The notes under the pieces are model-generated. The model made no database searches. It saw only the letters and a program-made list of their open reading frames with translations, and was not told where the DNA came from. From the NCBI GenBank assembly GCA_034439575.1, contig JAWXAQ010000030.1:128001-192000 (forward strand): a DNA stretch of 64,000 nt, read 5' to 3'. The stretch comes from Leptospira sp. (GTDB lineage Bacteria > Spirochaetota > Leptospiria > Leptospirales > Leptospiraceae). Position 1 is the stretch's first letter. Each line of letters begins with the position of its first letter. The position numbers were made by a program, and so were the translations under genes. This document shows positions 10,835 to 19,833 of the stretch, piece after piece.

Positions 10835-12037
10835 ATGATTAGGCGGAATAATACCTTGAAATCAAAAAATAATCTTATCTCGAAATTTATTCTGCTTTTC
10901 TTTTGGATTATATCTCACTTAGAAGCCACTCCCTCAACTGCCGTGGATTGTCCCACGCCGATTGCTGATAAAGATTGGCAGATAAGTAATACTTTCGATT
11001 CCGAATTTGATAGAGATAAATTTTGCAATATAATTCAACAAGTTAGTTCTGAATCGAGCGGATTTCATTCCCTAATCATTGAACGCCACGGAAAGTTAAT
11101 CATAGAAATTTATAATACAAGAAAAGATAAACCGTTTAACAAACGCTATGGACTAAGGTTTCCGTTTGATGGAGAGACTATATTCGATGTTAATACCTTA
11201 CACGATGTACGCTCTGTAAGTAAATCAGTAACATCTTTACTCTTCGGAATTGCCATAGACAAAAAAATAATCGAAAGTGTAGACTTACCTGTAATTAATT
11301 CTTATCCTGAATTTACTATTTCTAAAGACGACCATAGGCAAAGTATAACATGGAAACATTTACTAACTATGAGCAGTGGGCTGGATTGGGAAGAATGGCG
11401 TTATGGTTTTTTATTCAGTGATGAAACGAGACTCCTATGGAAAAAAGACATCCCTGGATTTGTTATGAATAGAGATGTGATATCCATACCTGGAACTAAA
11501 TATAAATACAATGGTGGCGGAACATCTATACTTTCGGATATACTAATTAAAAAAACAGAGAAAACCTTAAAGGATTTGGCTAAGGAATGGTTATTTGATC
11601 CTTTAGAAATACAAAATTTTGAATGGGTAGAAGATTTGAACGGTCGCGCCCTTGCCCACGCTGGTCTTAGGCTAAGACCAAGAGATATGTTAAAAATCGG
11701 AAGGTTGGTTTTGAACGAAGGTGTATGGAAAGGAAAACAAATCATATCAAAACAGTGGTTATCTGATTCATTAACTCTTCATATCGATTCTCAAGTTACC
11801 ATCTTTAGAAAGGATGGAAATTCCTTCGGTTATGGATACCAGTGGTGGCTCGGAGAAACGGTAACTGGTGACAGAAAAATTCCTTGGTCCTTGGCACTTG
11901 GCAATGGAGGGCAACTTATCTTTGTCATTCCTACTCTGGATATGGTTGTAGTAACAACAGCCGGCGGATACGGAGACCCAACATCCATCCAAGAAATTGG
12001 GGCAGTTGTGGATTCTATTCTAACGACCGCAAAGTGA
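10835..12037 (+). CDS. Secreted serine hydrolase, beta-lactamase class C / AmpC-like family
   Basis: Signal peptide, SVSK (SxxK), LLTMSSG, YKYNG, YGYQWW, GNGGQ. Confidence 0.9.
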   Translation: MIRRNNTLKSKNNLISKFILLFFWIISHLEATPSTAVDCPTPIADKDWQISNTFDSEFDRDKFCNIIQQVSSESSGFHSLIIERHGKLIIEIYNTRKDKPFNKRYGLRFPFDGETIFDVNTLHDVRSVSKSVTSLLFGIAIDKKIIESVDLPVINSYPEFTISKDDHRQSITWKHLLTMSSGLDWEEWRYGFLFSDETRLLWKKDIPGFVMNRDVISIPGTKYKYNGGGTSILSDILIKKTEKTLKDLAKEWLFDPLEIQNFEWVEDLNGRALAHAGLRLRPRDMLKIGRLVLNEGVWKGKQIISKQWLSDSLTLHIDSQVTIFRKDGNSFGYGYQWWLGETVTGDRKIPWSLALGNGGQLIFVIPTLDMVVVTTAGGYGDPTSIQEIGAVVDSILTTAK

Positions 12038-12044
12038 AAAATAC

Positions 12045-14474
12045 CTAGCGAGTCTCATTGCCAGTTGTAAAATTCCATTTCTTTTTCCAAACTCTCTTAC
12101 CTCTACGAATGCCTTCCGATTCTACAGTATATGTTTCGTTCGGTTCTAAAGGATCTCGACTCATAATCCAAATTTCAGTTTCACCACCAATTCCATATTT
12201 TCCATCAGAAGGCTGAATCAGCCAATGTGGAATTGTTTTACCAGAACTATTTTGAAGAATTGCCTTAAAATCTTTTATGTCATAAGAGCGATCTGAATAG
12301 AATTTAATTACGATCGGATATCCCACAATTTTATCTTCGTCATCTAACGGAGTCGTGTTGGGAATTTCATTAATCATAGTTAATGGAACATTCTGTTGGT
12401 TTTCATAAGGATACACTTTTACATCAGGAGCTGTGTGCTCCATCATATTCAAATATTGGTGATTTAAACCTACGACTCGCATTACGGCTTTTTGTGATTT
12501 TTGATTTTCAGATTCCGCATATCCAAATCCCACTTTAAGTAAACCAAGGCCTGTGATTGGCCTTCGATGTAAAATAGTTTGGTTCCAAGTATCCACGGAT
12601 TCTTCACCTTTGTCGTTGTTAAATGAAATTGTTTCACCTTGATACCCATATCTAAATTCCTTTTTTGAACCTTCAATTGTATACAGGGGAAGAATGGGAT
12701 TTTGATTGTGCGCACCCAAACCCTTTGTGGTTGGATGGTTTTCATTGGCAACGAGATATCTCGCATGAGCTTCTGAAGCTAAGGTCAGACGAACGTCCAT
12801 TTCTAATGGTGGTGCTCCGTAATCAACTCTAAGTCGATTGAGTTTCTCAAATGTTTTTCGATATAATACATGTATTCTCTCCTTAGGAGGAGATAGATTC
12901 CAATAAATGATAACTGTATTTGGTAACAATTGTTTGAGTTTACTTAGAGCCTCTGGGTTTAGAGGATTTCCATCGATATGTATTGATTTTAATGATTTTA
13001 GTCCTTTCATAGATTCAGGAAAATTTGTAATCTTATTATTACGTAGACTCAAATATTCCAGACTTTTTAATTTCCCAAGTTCATCAGGAACTATGGTTAG
13101 GTGATTATCACTTAAATCCAACAAATTCAAATTGTTTAAATTTCCAATGGATTTCGGAAGGGAATTTAATTCATTACCGCCTAGAGAAAGCTCATTTAAA
13201 CTTTTAAGGCTACCAATAGTATCTGGTATTTTTTGGATTTTATTTCCAAAAAGATTTAGCAATTTTAATTTTTTTAATCCTTGGATGTCAGTTGGGATAG
13301 TTGTGAGTTGATTGAAACTCAGATCCAGTTCTTGGAGATTATTCATTTTACTGATTGTCGATGGAAGGATGGTAAGTTTATTAAATGTTAAATATAAACC
13401 TTTTAAATAAGATAAATATCCAATATTTTCGGGAAGGGATTCGATTTGATTAAAACTCAATTCCAAAACCTTCAGATTTTTTAATGCACCGATTTCTTTG
13501 GGCAATGATTTAAGCGAATTTTGTCTAAGGTGAAGTATTTCTAGTTCTGTTAGGTGTTTGATCTCGGGCGATATACTTTCTATTTTATTGTTCCATAAAT
13601 AAAAATGAGTCAGGCCTTTCAATCCTTTGATATCAGAAGGGATTTCATTAATTTGATTCGAATGCGCCCAAAGTTTTTTCAATGAGCTAAGTTCATTTAG
13701 ATCATCAAATAGCGACTCAATTTTGTTATGTGCAATATTAAGTGAACTCAATTTCTTTAAACTATTAATTACAGTTGGCCATTCTGAAAAATGGTTGTCC
13801 ATTAAATTGAGATCATTAATATTTTCTAAATTCGCAAATGAATCAGGTAATTCATTCAATTCATTGGTTTCGAAATTAAGACCTTCTAGAGATTTCAAGT
13901 TTTCAAAACTTTTTGGCAATTCCCGAATTTTATTATTAGTAGCACTCAACCATTTAAGTTGCGTTAAATATGTTATAGAGGCCGGGAAACTCTCAAATTC
14001 ATTTTCATTCAATGAAATTCCTTCCAGATTTTTCAATTGATTGATACTTTCAGGAAGGAACGTTAGACGGTTTGAAGTCAATCTAAGTTCGGAGAGATTT
14101 TTTAAGGCACCCAATTCGGAAGGTAGTTCCCTTAAACCAGAACTTATCTCCATTCGCTCAATGAAATCAAGACTTTGGATGCTAGGTGTAAGATTTTCAA
14201 AGTCACCATATAACTCAAGCCGTTTGAGGTTTTTAAGAGTTTCCCAATCCTTAGGAACATCCGTGGATTTTGTGTATATAGTAAGTCTTTCTAAGTTTTT
14301 GAACTTGGTGAGACCTTTGGGTAGCTCATCTAGATTCTTACTAAGTGATCCTAATGTTAGTCGAGACCTTTGACTTGATTCACTTTGAATTTGTTGTTCA
14401 ATTGATTGTCCCGAAATCGAAACAAAAGTGAAAAAAACTAAACTCGACGTAAGGATAAAATTTCTAAATGACAT
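12045..14474 (-). CDS. Secreted leucine-rich-repeat protein with C-terminal CAP (SCP) domain
   Basis: Signal peptide; about 20 tandem 23-aa LxxLxLxxNxLxxLP repeats; then LNRLR..APPL..LTLASEAHARYL..GETIS..W..HR..VGFG. Confidence 0.88.
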   Translation of the reverse strand: MSFRNFILTSSLVFFTFVSISGQSIEQQIQSESSQRSRLTLGSLSKNLDELPKGLTKFKNLERLTIYTKSTDVPKDWETLKNLKRLELYGDFENLTPSIQSLDFIERMEISSGLRELPSELGALKNLSELRLTSNRLTFLPESINQLKNLEGISLNENEFESFPASITYLTQLKWLSATNNKIRELPKSFENLKSLEGLNFETNELNELPDSFANLENINDLNLMDNHFSEWPTVINSLKKLSSLNIAHNKIESLFDDLNELSSLKKLWAHSNQINEIPSDIKGLKGLTHFYLWNNKIESISPEIKHLTELEILHLRQNSLKSLPKEIGALKNLKVLELSFNQIESLPENIGYLSYLKGLYLTFNKLTILPSTISKMNNLQELDLSFNQLTTIPTDIQGLKKLKLLNLFGNKIQKIPDTIGSLKSLNELSLGGNELNSLPKSIGNLNNLNLLDLSDNHLTIVPDELGKLKSLEYLSLRNNKITNFPESMKGLKSLKSIHIDGNPLNPEALSKLKQLLPNTVIIYWNLSPPKERIHVLYRKTFEKLNRLRVDYGAPPLEMDVRLTLASEAHARYLVANENHPTTKGLGAHNQNPILPLYTIEGSKKEFRYGYQGETISFNNDKGEESVDTWNQTILHRRPITGLGLLKVGFGYAESENQKSQKAVMRVVGLNHQYLNMMEHTAPDVKVYPYENQQNVPLTMINEIPNTTPLDDEDKIVGYPIVIKFYSDRSYDIKDFKAILQNSSGKTIPHWLIQPSDGKYGIGGETEIWIMSRDPLEPNETYTVESEGIRRGKRVWKKKWNFTTGNETR

Positions 14475-15108
14475 TGGTATATCTCCTACAATCGCCTTCG
14501 TTTAAAATTAATATGATAGCTCGAAAATTATACTGTCACTAGTAAATGTGCAACTCTAATATTTATTCTGATGATAAACTATACATAGAAAATTATGTTA
14601 TGAAATTTAATCTTCCTGATCGTTACTATTCATAAAAATCGAATCAAATGAATACTGCTGGGATAAGAATAGATTTAGATTTTCTGTAACTTTAAAATAG
14701 GCTCTATTTGTTAATATTTAAGGCAAAGTTAAATCTAAAAAGCACATATAGCAAAAGATAGAAATTCATGCACCAAAAATTATTCAAGAGTTTCAAACTA
14801 TCTAATGTATTTTTTTTGCTTTTTACAATTGTGACACATTTAATAATATAACGACTGTTCCTAGGCTTGATCAATTACAAATCTCTCATCATTTCAAATC
14901 ATTAAAATTTCCGAACATGGTATTAAAAATTTGGATTTATCTTACAGCACTACCCGAAAAGAGACTTATACTCAAACAGATTCTATTGAAGGCATTTACA
15001 AATACAAAAACCAATATTCCACTCTTCCTACACCATATGTAAATTTAGTAAATTAGAATTATTTAAAAAGTAAATGTAATCTTTAAAAGTTGGATGAAGT
15101 TTGATTAA

Positions 15109-15147
15109 ATTAAAATTAGTAGGCCCCTTTGATGTGTTATATGGATG
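15109..15147 (-). other. Inverted, extended-spacer dif-like site at the distal end of the toxin cassette array
   Basis: Minus strand: CATCCATATAA, 17-nt spacer, CTAATTTTAAT. The second arm matches the arm at 22119-22129 (CTAAGTTTAAT) at 10 of 11 positions. Confidence 0.6.
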
Positions 15148-15181
15148 AAACTTTATCGAAAGAACCGATCCCGCTCTCCCT
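15131..15181. repeat. Repeat X, copy 1 (51 bp)
   Basis: 49/51 identical to 19106-19156, same orientation. Confidence 0.95.
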
Positions 15182-15208
15182 AAGACGAGGGCACTCTGTC
15201 GAGCAATA

Positions 15209-15321
15209 GCAAACCTCGTTCCCATCTCCCTTCCCTCTCACCTCCGTGTTCGAAGGAAGGACTCCGACATCCATGTCTCCGTTACCGATGGAAACAAGGT
15301 TTGCTGGCCGAAGAAAGATCG
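15209..15321. repeat. Repeat Y, copy 1 (113-bp GC-rich hairpin element)
   Basis: Near-identical to 18955-19069; ends GCAAACCTCGTTCCCATC and GATGGAAACAAGGTTTGC are imperfectly complementary. Confidence 0.95.
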
Positions 15322-15654
15322 TGTAACGATATCAATGATGGGCTCTCACATTCTGCAAAAGTATTATAAATTACGCTCTCATCCCGTTCTTTGTGGGTTC
15401 ATAACCTACTTACATCTTTTGAAACAGCCGCCTAAATAAAGATAACATTCGTTTTTCTGTGAAGTCTCTCTGCTTCTGGCGAAGGATTAGTTATGTACGA
15501 AAATCATTTCTTTTTGAAAATTAGTTCTATTCTATTTGTAAAATCGTGAACTAACTAACAATTTGTAGACTAGCAACGAACAATAAGTTTACTGTGTTGT
15601 GAAAATTTCTGTCTTAACGTACATAGCTTCTACGATTGTAGTGTTTGCGAGATT

Positions 15655-16218
15655 TCATGTTAAATTATTTAAAATCCCGATCGTAAAATTTATAATTTCA
15701 TTCCATTCTGTATCTGAAAAATTTGGAGTGTATATTAAGTTTATAGTAACTCGAAATGTTTTTTTATACTTTTTGTGGTAATAAAATGCAATCACCTTTC
15801 CCCCGATTACTTCACTTGGTCCATATAAAATTTCCATTTTTTCTGTTTTATAACGGATAAATTTTTTCCATCGATTGACGGATGTTGGTTCAAATTTAAA
15901 GTCTTTTAATTTTGATTCGGTGACAATTTCTTCAAATCTCTTTAATGAATTAGGGATTATAGATACATCAATTAACAAAGAAAAACATTCATTCTCTTGC
16001 AGGCAATCTGCTTTAAAATAAGTTATCGGATATTTTAATTCCTGTTGAACAGAATCAATTCTTTCTGTTACTTTTGGAACATAAAGTCTCATAGATTCAA
16101 CTTTTTCTTCTCTTACAGGATAAAAAGCGATGCCTCGATAACTTTTCGTTAAATCTAATTTCTGAGCATTTAGAAGAGTAAATGAAAGCAGACACAACAA
16201 AAGAACTAGTCTTATCAT
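15655..16218 (-). CDS. Small secreted hypothetical protein, candidate second or orphan immunity protein
   Basis: Sec signal MIRLVLLLCLLSFTLLNA; last gene of the cassette array; function inferred from context only. Confidence 0.55.
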   Translation of the reverse strand: MIRLVLLLCLLSFTLLNAQKLDLTKSYRGIAFYPVREEKVESMRLYVPKVTERIDSVQQELKYPITYFKADCLQENECFSLLIDVSIIPNSLKRFEEIVTESKLKDFKFEPTSVNRWKKFIRYKTEKMEILYGPSEVIGGKVIAFYYHKKYKKTFRVTINLIYTPNFSDTEWNEIINFTIGILNNLT

Positions 16219-16256
16219 TTCGTCACCTAATGATAGTTTGCATCTAATTTGAGCTA

Positions 16257-17024
16257 CTACGGCTTTTCATAACTCGTTGGATCATAAATATCTGCATCAA
16301 TTTTCCGTTTGTATTTTGTTTCATAAGCAGATACAAATTTTTCCATCTGACCCTCTGAAACTTTTTTCCATCCTTGAAACATAACCATCTTTAAAGAAGG
16401 CAGGTTCAACATACAATCTAGGCTTTTTTTAGTTAGGTTGGTCATATCATCCATGCGAAGGAAAGTAAGGTTTTTTGCATTTTCTGTGAATTTGCACATG
16501 CCTTCATCTGTGATTTTTGCACCAGGCCCAAGAATAAATCGATCTAATTTTAATACGTGCGAAAAACATTCAACATCATTGTCTAATAGAGGGACGTGGC
16601 TGTAATCTATTTTTACCTTAGGTGCTTTTAGTCCTTTTGCAATCTCACATATCTGTTTGTGGTTTAGTTCGCTTCCTCTTATAAAAAGTGTCGTTAAATT
16701 AGAATTCTTGCATGCGCTCATTTCCTGGTCACTGAAATCTGGCAAGGCACCCCAAGATATATCTAAGAAATTTAATTTCTTTATCGAACATATGGTTACA
16801 AGGTCTTCCGGTAAGTAAATTCCCTTTCCAGTCATTTCAATTGCAGGGATTTTTTCTTTCGTTGAAGCATCGAAAGTCTCCATATAATATCGATAGGACC
16901 GAGAAGTGAGATTTTTGATCAAATCTTCATCCGACAGGCTTGCAATCCGTGAAGTCGCCGTCGAACAAGCATGAAGGACGAAAGACATTAGAACGAAAGA
17001 TAATTTCTTCAAAGAGTATTTCAT
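16257..17024 (-). CDS. Lipoprotein with LRR-like repeats, candidate immunity protein for the orphan tip
   Basis: Lipobox VLHAC; repeats such as LNFLDIS, LTTLFIRG, LTFLRMDD, ITDEGM; starts 2 bp after the stop of 17027-19021. Confidence 0.7.
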   Translation of the reverse strand: MKYSLKKLSFVLMSFVLHACSTATSRIASLSDEDLIKNLTSRSYRYYMETFDASTKEKIPAIEMTGKGIYLPEDLVTICSIKKLNFLDISWGALPDFSDQEMSACKNSNLTTLFIRGSELNHKQICEIAKGLKAPKVKIDYSHVPLLDNDVECFSHVLKLDRFILGPGAKITDEGMCKFTENAKNLTFLRMDDMTNLTKKSLDCMLNLPSLKMVMFQGWKKVSEGQMEKFVSAYETKYKRKIDADIYDPTSYEKP

Positions 17025-17026
17025 TC

Positions 17027-19021
17027 TTATTTCCTTGCTATATAATCAAAATTATAGGGCGCATATGTTGCATATTTGTTTAAATCGTTCTTAGGATTCC
17101 CCAATACTGACCCACTCACATTCTCTGGATCAAATTCCGTTCCATTCACAGTTGTCGATTGTGACCCATCTACCACTGTGTAAGTATAACGTCCATCCTT
17201 CATCGGATTCCTTTGTAAACTGATTGTATGACCAGTTCCACTACCATCATCTTTCACTCGCAATGTGATCGCTAATGGTTGTTCTTTCTTTAGAAAATCA
17301 GCAATGACTTGATATCCTTCTGCGCGTGCCGAAGCAACTGAAGCAGGATTGGATCTGTCGCCTTGTGGAAGTGGCGGATGAGATTTGTCATCATTCCATC
17401 GCTGGAAAGAACCATTGCCATTCATATAGGAATTGATTACCGCGCTTGTGCCACCTTGAGGTCCATTCAATTCCATGTTCTCAGGTTTCATAAAACCATT
17501 GTCAGTAATGTCCTTGATGAACTGTGGAAAATCTGGAATGGCATCACCTAAATTTCGTTTTAACATTCCCCAGTTAGCTGCTGCTACACACCACCTCTCA
17601 CGTAAGTAATCTGGCATACTTTTAGAATCTATGCCAGCCTTTACTGCTTCGGCAGTGGCATATGAAAGAGTTTCTGGCTTTCCCCATTGTTGGAGGGAAC
17701 CTTTTGCCTGGTTCGCATAATAATTTGAGTCTTGATGAAAAACTTCCCCAATTCTAAAATTCCCAGTGGCTTCATTTACATAAACATTCAATGCTAATGG
17801 TTTCGTAGTTGCAGGGAGAACTTCGATCACTCCATTCTTTGCATTGAAGAGCTTCTTCATTGCGTCAGAGATTACACCAGGTTCTTTTTTGAGTCCACCA
17901 GATTGGATCAGATCTTCTCTTGTATTACCTACTGTTTTTATAACATCGTCCATGGATTTACCATATTTCTTTTCAAAGGATGCTTGGGCTGCTTTCATTG
18001 CATCCGATTTTTTTGTCAAATCCGCCTGCATTTCTTTAGATATAGGCATATTATTGGATACAGACTCTATGCTTTTTGAAAGAGCATTCTTAAAATCAGC
18101 TTCTGCTTTTACATATTTATGAACTGCGGATTTTACAGAAGGATCCATTTCTTGGCTTAACATCGGATTATTTAGAATGTCTATTGCCACTTCCATTCTT
18201 TGCGTTTTCGATAATGATAAATCTTGTGCTTTTTTAAATATTAAGCGCTCCGATTCTGCCTTTTTAATAGCATCCATTTCCGTTTTCGTAATTTTAATCA
18301 TTTCATTCTGAGTTATTGTTAATTCATTATTATACTTTATCAAAGTGTTACTTAGATATTGAATTAATTGGGTTTCATTTTTTGGAACGAATCCTGGATC
18401 TTTTTGATGTAAATGGTTATATTCACCAACACCTAAAACCACTCTTTCAATCTGACCTCGAACTGCCTCGATATCCAGTTTCGCTTGTGAGGCTTTATCA
18501 TTCAATTCAATGTATTTCGGATCTAATTTTAACTCAGCAATTTTATTCTTAGCCTGAGTAATTCTCTCGTTTATATTTTGTTCTTGTTCGCTAATGATGC
18601 TTGTCCTGTCTGCATGCATGTTTTCAAAAGCCATCAAAGATTTTGTCACCGTATCTTGCATTGATCCCATATAAGCCCTTGCTGTATCAGTGGAACTAAC
18701 GACTGTCCGTTTTGGTAAATCGGGAACATTGATAATTACCTGTCCGCCATTATCAACTTTTACGTATACTCCTTTCTTATCTGAAAGCGAAAGAATTTTT
18801 GATTCCTCAATCAACTTTAATCTCTCGGAATCTGGCATTGCATTGATTAAATCAATACCTTCATTAGGTGTATTCGAAAATTTTGGTTCGATCAGTATGC
18901 ATTTAGGAATCTGGCCTTCCGTATAACGTGAATTATGTTTATTACCCAGCCCAGGCAAACGCTCGTTCCCATCTCCCTTCCCTCTCACCTCCGTGTTCGA
19001 AGGAAGGACTCCGACATCCAT
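17027..19021 (-). CDS. Orphan polymorphic-toxin C-terminal cassette (coiled-coil region plus papain-like domain); real cassette content starts at the site near 18926
   Basis: No signal peptide; first ~22 codons are read through repeat Y; NKHNSRYTEGQI aligns with IKLRSYYTEDQI of the giant protein; WCVAAA..GHTISL..VVDG near the C-terminus. Confidence 0.75.
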   Translation of the reverse strand: MDVGVLPSNTEVRGKGDGNERLPGLGNKHNSRYTEGQIPKCILIEPKFSNTPNEGIDLINAMPDSERLKLIEESKILSLSDKKGVYVKVDNGGQVIINVPDLPKRTVVSSTDTARAYMGSMQDTVTKSLMAFENMHADRTSIISEQEQNINERITQAKNKIAELKLDPKYIELNDKASQAKLDIEAVRGQIERVVLGVGEYNHLHQKDPGFVPKNETQLIQYLSNTLIKYNNELTITQNEMIKITKTEMDAIKKAESERLIFKKAQDLSLSKTQRMEVAIDILNNPMLSQEMDPSVKSAVHKYVKAEADFKNALSKSIESVSNNMPISKEMQADLTKKSDAMKAAQASFEKKYGKSMDDVIKTVGNTREDLIQSGGLKKEPGVISDAMKKLFNAKNGVIEVLPATTKPLALNVYVNEATGNFRIGEVFHQDSNYYANQAKGSLQQWGKPETLSYATAEAVKAGIDSKSMPDYLRERWCVAAANWGMLKRNLGDAIPDFPQFIKDITDNGFMKPENMELNGPQGGTSAVINSYMNGNGSFQRWNDDKSHPPLPQGDRSNPASVASARAEGYQVIADFLKKEQPLAITLRVKDDGSGTGHTISLQRNPMKDGRYTYTVVDGSQSTTVNGTEFDPENVSGSVLGNPKNDLNKYATYAPYNFDYIARK
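18916..18943 (+). other. dif-like tyrosine recombinase site (11-6-11)
   Basis: CTTCCGTATAA-CGTGAA-TTATGTTTATT; resembles the XerC arm (..ATAA), 6-bp spacer and XerD arm (E. coli TTATGTTAAAT). Confidence 0.8.
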
Positions 19022-19069
19022 GTCTCCGTTACTGATGGAAACAAGGTTTGCTCAGCCGAAGAAAGATCG
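18955..19069. repeat. Repeat Y, copy 2
   Basis: Differs from 15209-15321 by two 1-nt insertions and about two substitutions; forms the inner stem between the two inverted dif-like sites. Confidence 0.95.
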
Positions 19070-19071
19070 AA

Positions 19072-19122
19072 AATAAACATCTCTTTCTTTCCGTTGGGCA
19101 CCTCGGATGTGTTATACGGATG
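19072..19122 (-). other. Inverted dif-like partner site with extended (29-nt) spacer
   Basis: AATAAACAT (19072-19080) is the reverse complement of ATGTTTATT (18935-18943); GTTATACGGA (19111-19120) is the reverse complement of TCCGTATAAC (18918-18927). Confidence 0.75.
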
Positions 19123-19156
19123 AAACTTTATCGAAAGACCCGATCCCGCTCTCCCT
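19106..19156. repeat. Repeat X, copy 2
   Basis: 49/51 identical to 15131-15181; lies just after the stop of the first immunity candidate. Confidence 0.95.
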
Positions 19157-19191
19157 CGACGGTAACGCTCGGTCGATCGGTGGTGCAAGAC

Positions 19192-19833
19192 TCATTTATT
19201 TTTTTCTTCCTTTTCTGGACCAACAATATCATAGGAAGAATTATTTTTTTGTATTTCGGCTATTTCTGCTACCGTCGTCACACATTCTTCATAAGTTGTA
19301 TAGTCAATCCCTGCTCTTCCATCGTCTAGAACTGTATCTGAATTTAAGGCATAAAACTCAAATTCGCGAAAGACAGGAGTTGGATCTTTGTAATTACCAC
19401 TGTAAATCATTTTGAATCGTAATATTTTGGTCTCGCTTTCATTGGTTAAATAAAAAAAGTCTCCTTTCTTTGACAAAAATTTCAAATGAATATCGAATTT
19501 GCGTCCAGTGGAACGAAAGCGAAACAAATTCTTATCGGGTATAAATTCACCACAAGATGTAGCATAAATAGGCCGATATTCCCAAGCATTGGAAGCTTTT
19601 TTTCGAAGATCATCCTCAATATATTTCAAAAATGTATCATCTGGGTCTAAAATAACGACTCCTACCAACTCAGGATAGTCCATCAAAGTAAACTTTGGAT
19701 CAGTATATACCTTTATATCTACTATCGAGTTAGAAACTGATTCTGTCTTAACTTTTTCGTCAACTTTTTTGCACGCAAAAGGCGGAAGACTCAAAAATAA
19801 TATTAGAATATAATAATTTAGCTTATTTGTCAT
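19192..19833 (-). CDS. Lipoprotein, candidate cognate immunity protein of the full-length toxin
   Basis: Likely start MTNKLNYYILILFLSLPPFAC (ATG 19833), overlapping the toxin stop by 11 bp; the ORF track starts at 19902. Confidence 0.72.
   Translation of the reverse strand: MTNKLNYYILILFLSLPPFACKKVDEKVKTESVSNSIVDIKVYTDPKFTLMDYPELVGVVILDPDDTFLKYIEDDLRKKASNAWEYRPIYATSCGEFIPDKNLFRFRSTGRKFDIHLKFLSKKGDFFYLTNESETKILRFKMIYSGNYKDPTPVFREFEFYALNSDTVLDDGRAGIDYTTYEECVTTVAEIAEIQKNNSSYDIVGPEKEEKNK

Noticed and set aside
12900-14373. Plus-strand ORFs and 69-bp periodicity in the LRR gene
   Set aside because: Antisense shadows and the expected consequence of 23-aa LRR repeats.
15021-15050. CTTCCTACACCATATGTAAATT as the missing direct partner site of the distal junction
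   Set aside because: Arm sequence and spacing do not fit 11-6-11 and it does not pair with 15109-15147; could be a decayed remnant but cannot be supported.
15028-15225. Small ORFs 15028-15225 and 18985-19188 sharing GRAGS.LSIKFHPYNTS
   Set aside because: The similarity is just translation of repeat X; no coding evidence.
18927-19021. ATG 19021 as a genuine start of a standalone 664-aa gene
   Set aside because: The start lies inside repeat Y, which also occurs at 15209-15321 without a long ORF; more likely fortuitous read-through, although low-level translation cannot be excluded.
15131-19156. Repeats X/Y as a CRISPR array, IS ends, or permuted self-splicing intron halves
   Set aside because: Only two copies kilobases apart, no spacers or cas genes, no transposase, and no group I or II intron core motifs recognised.
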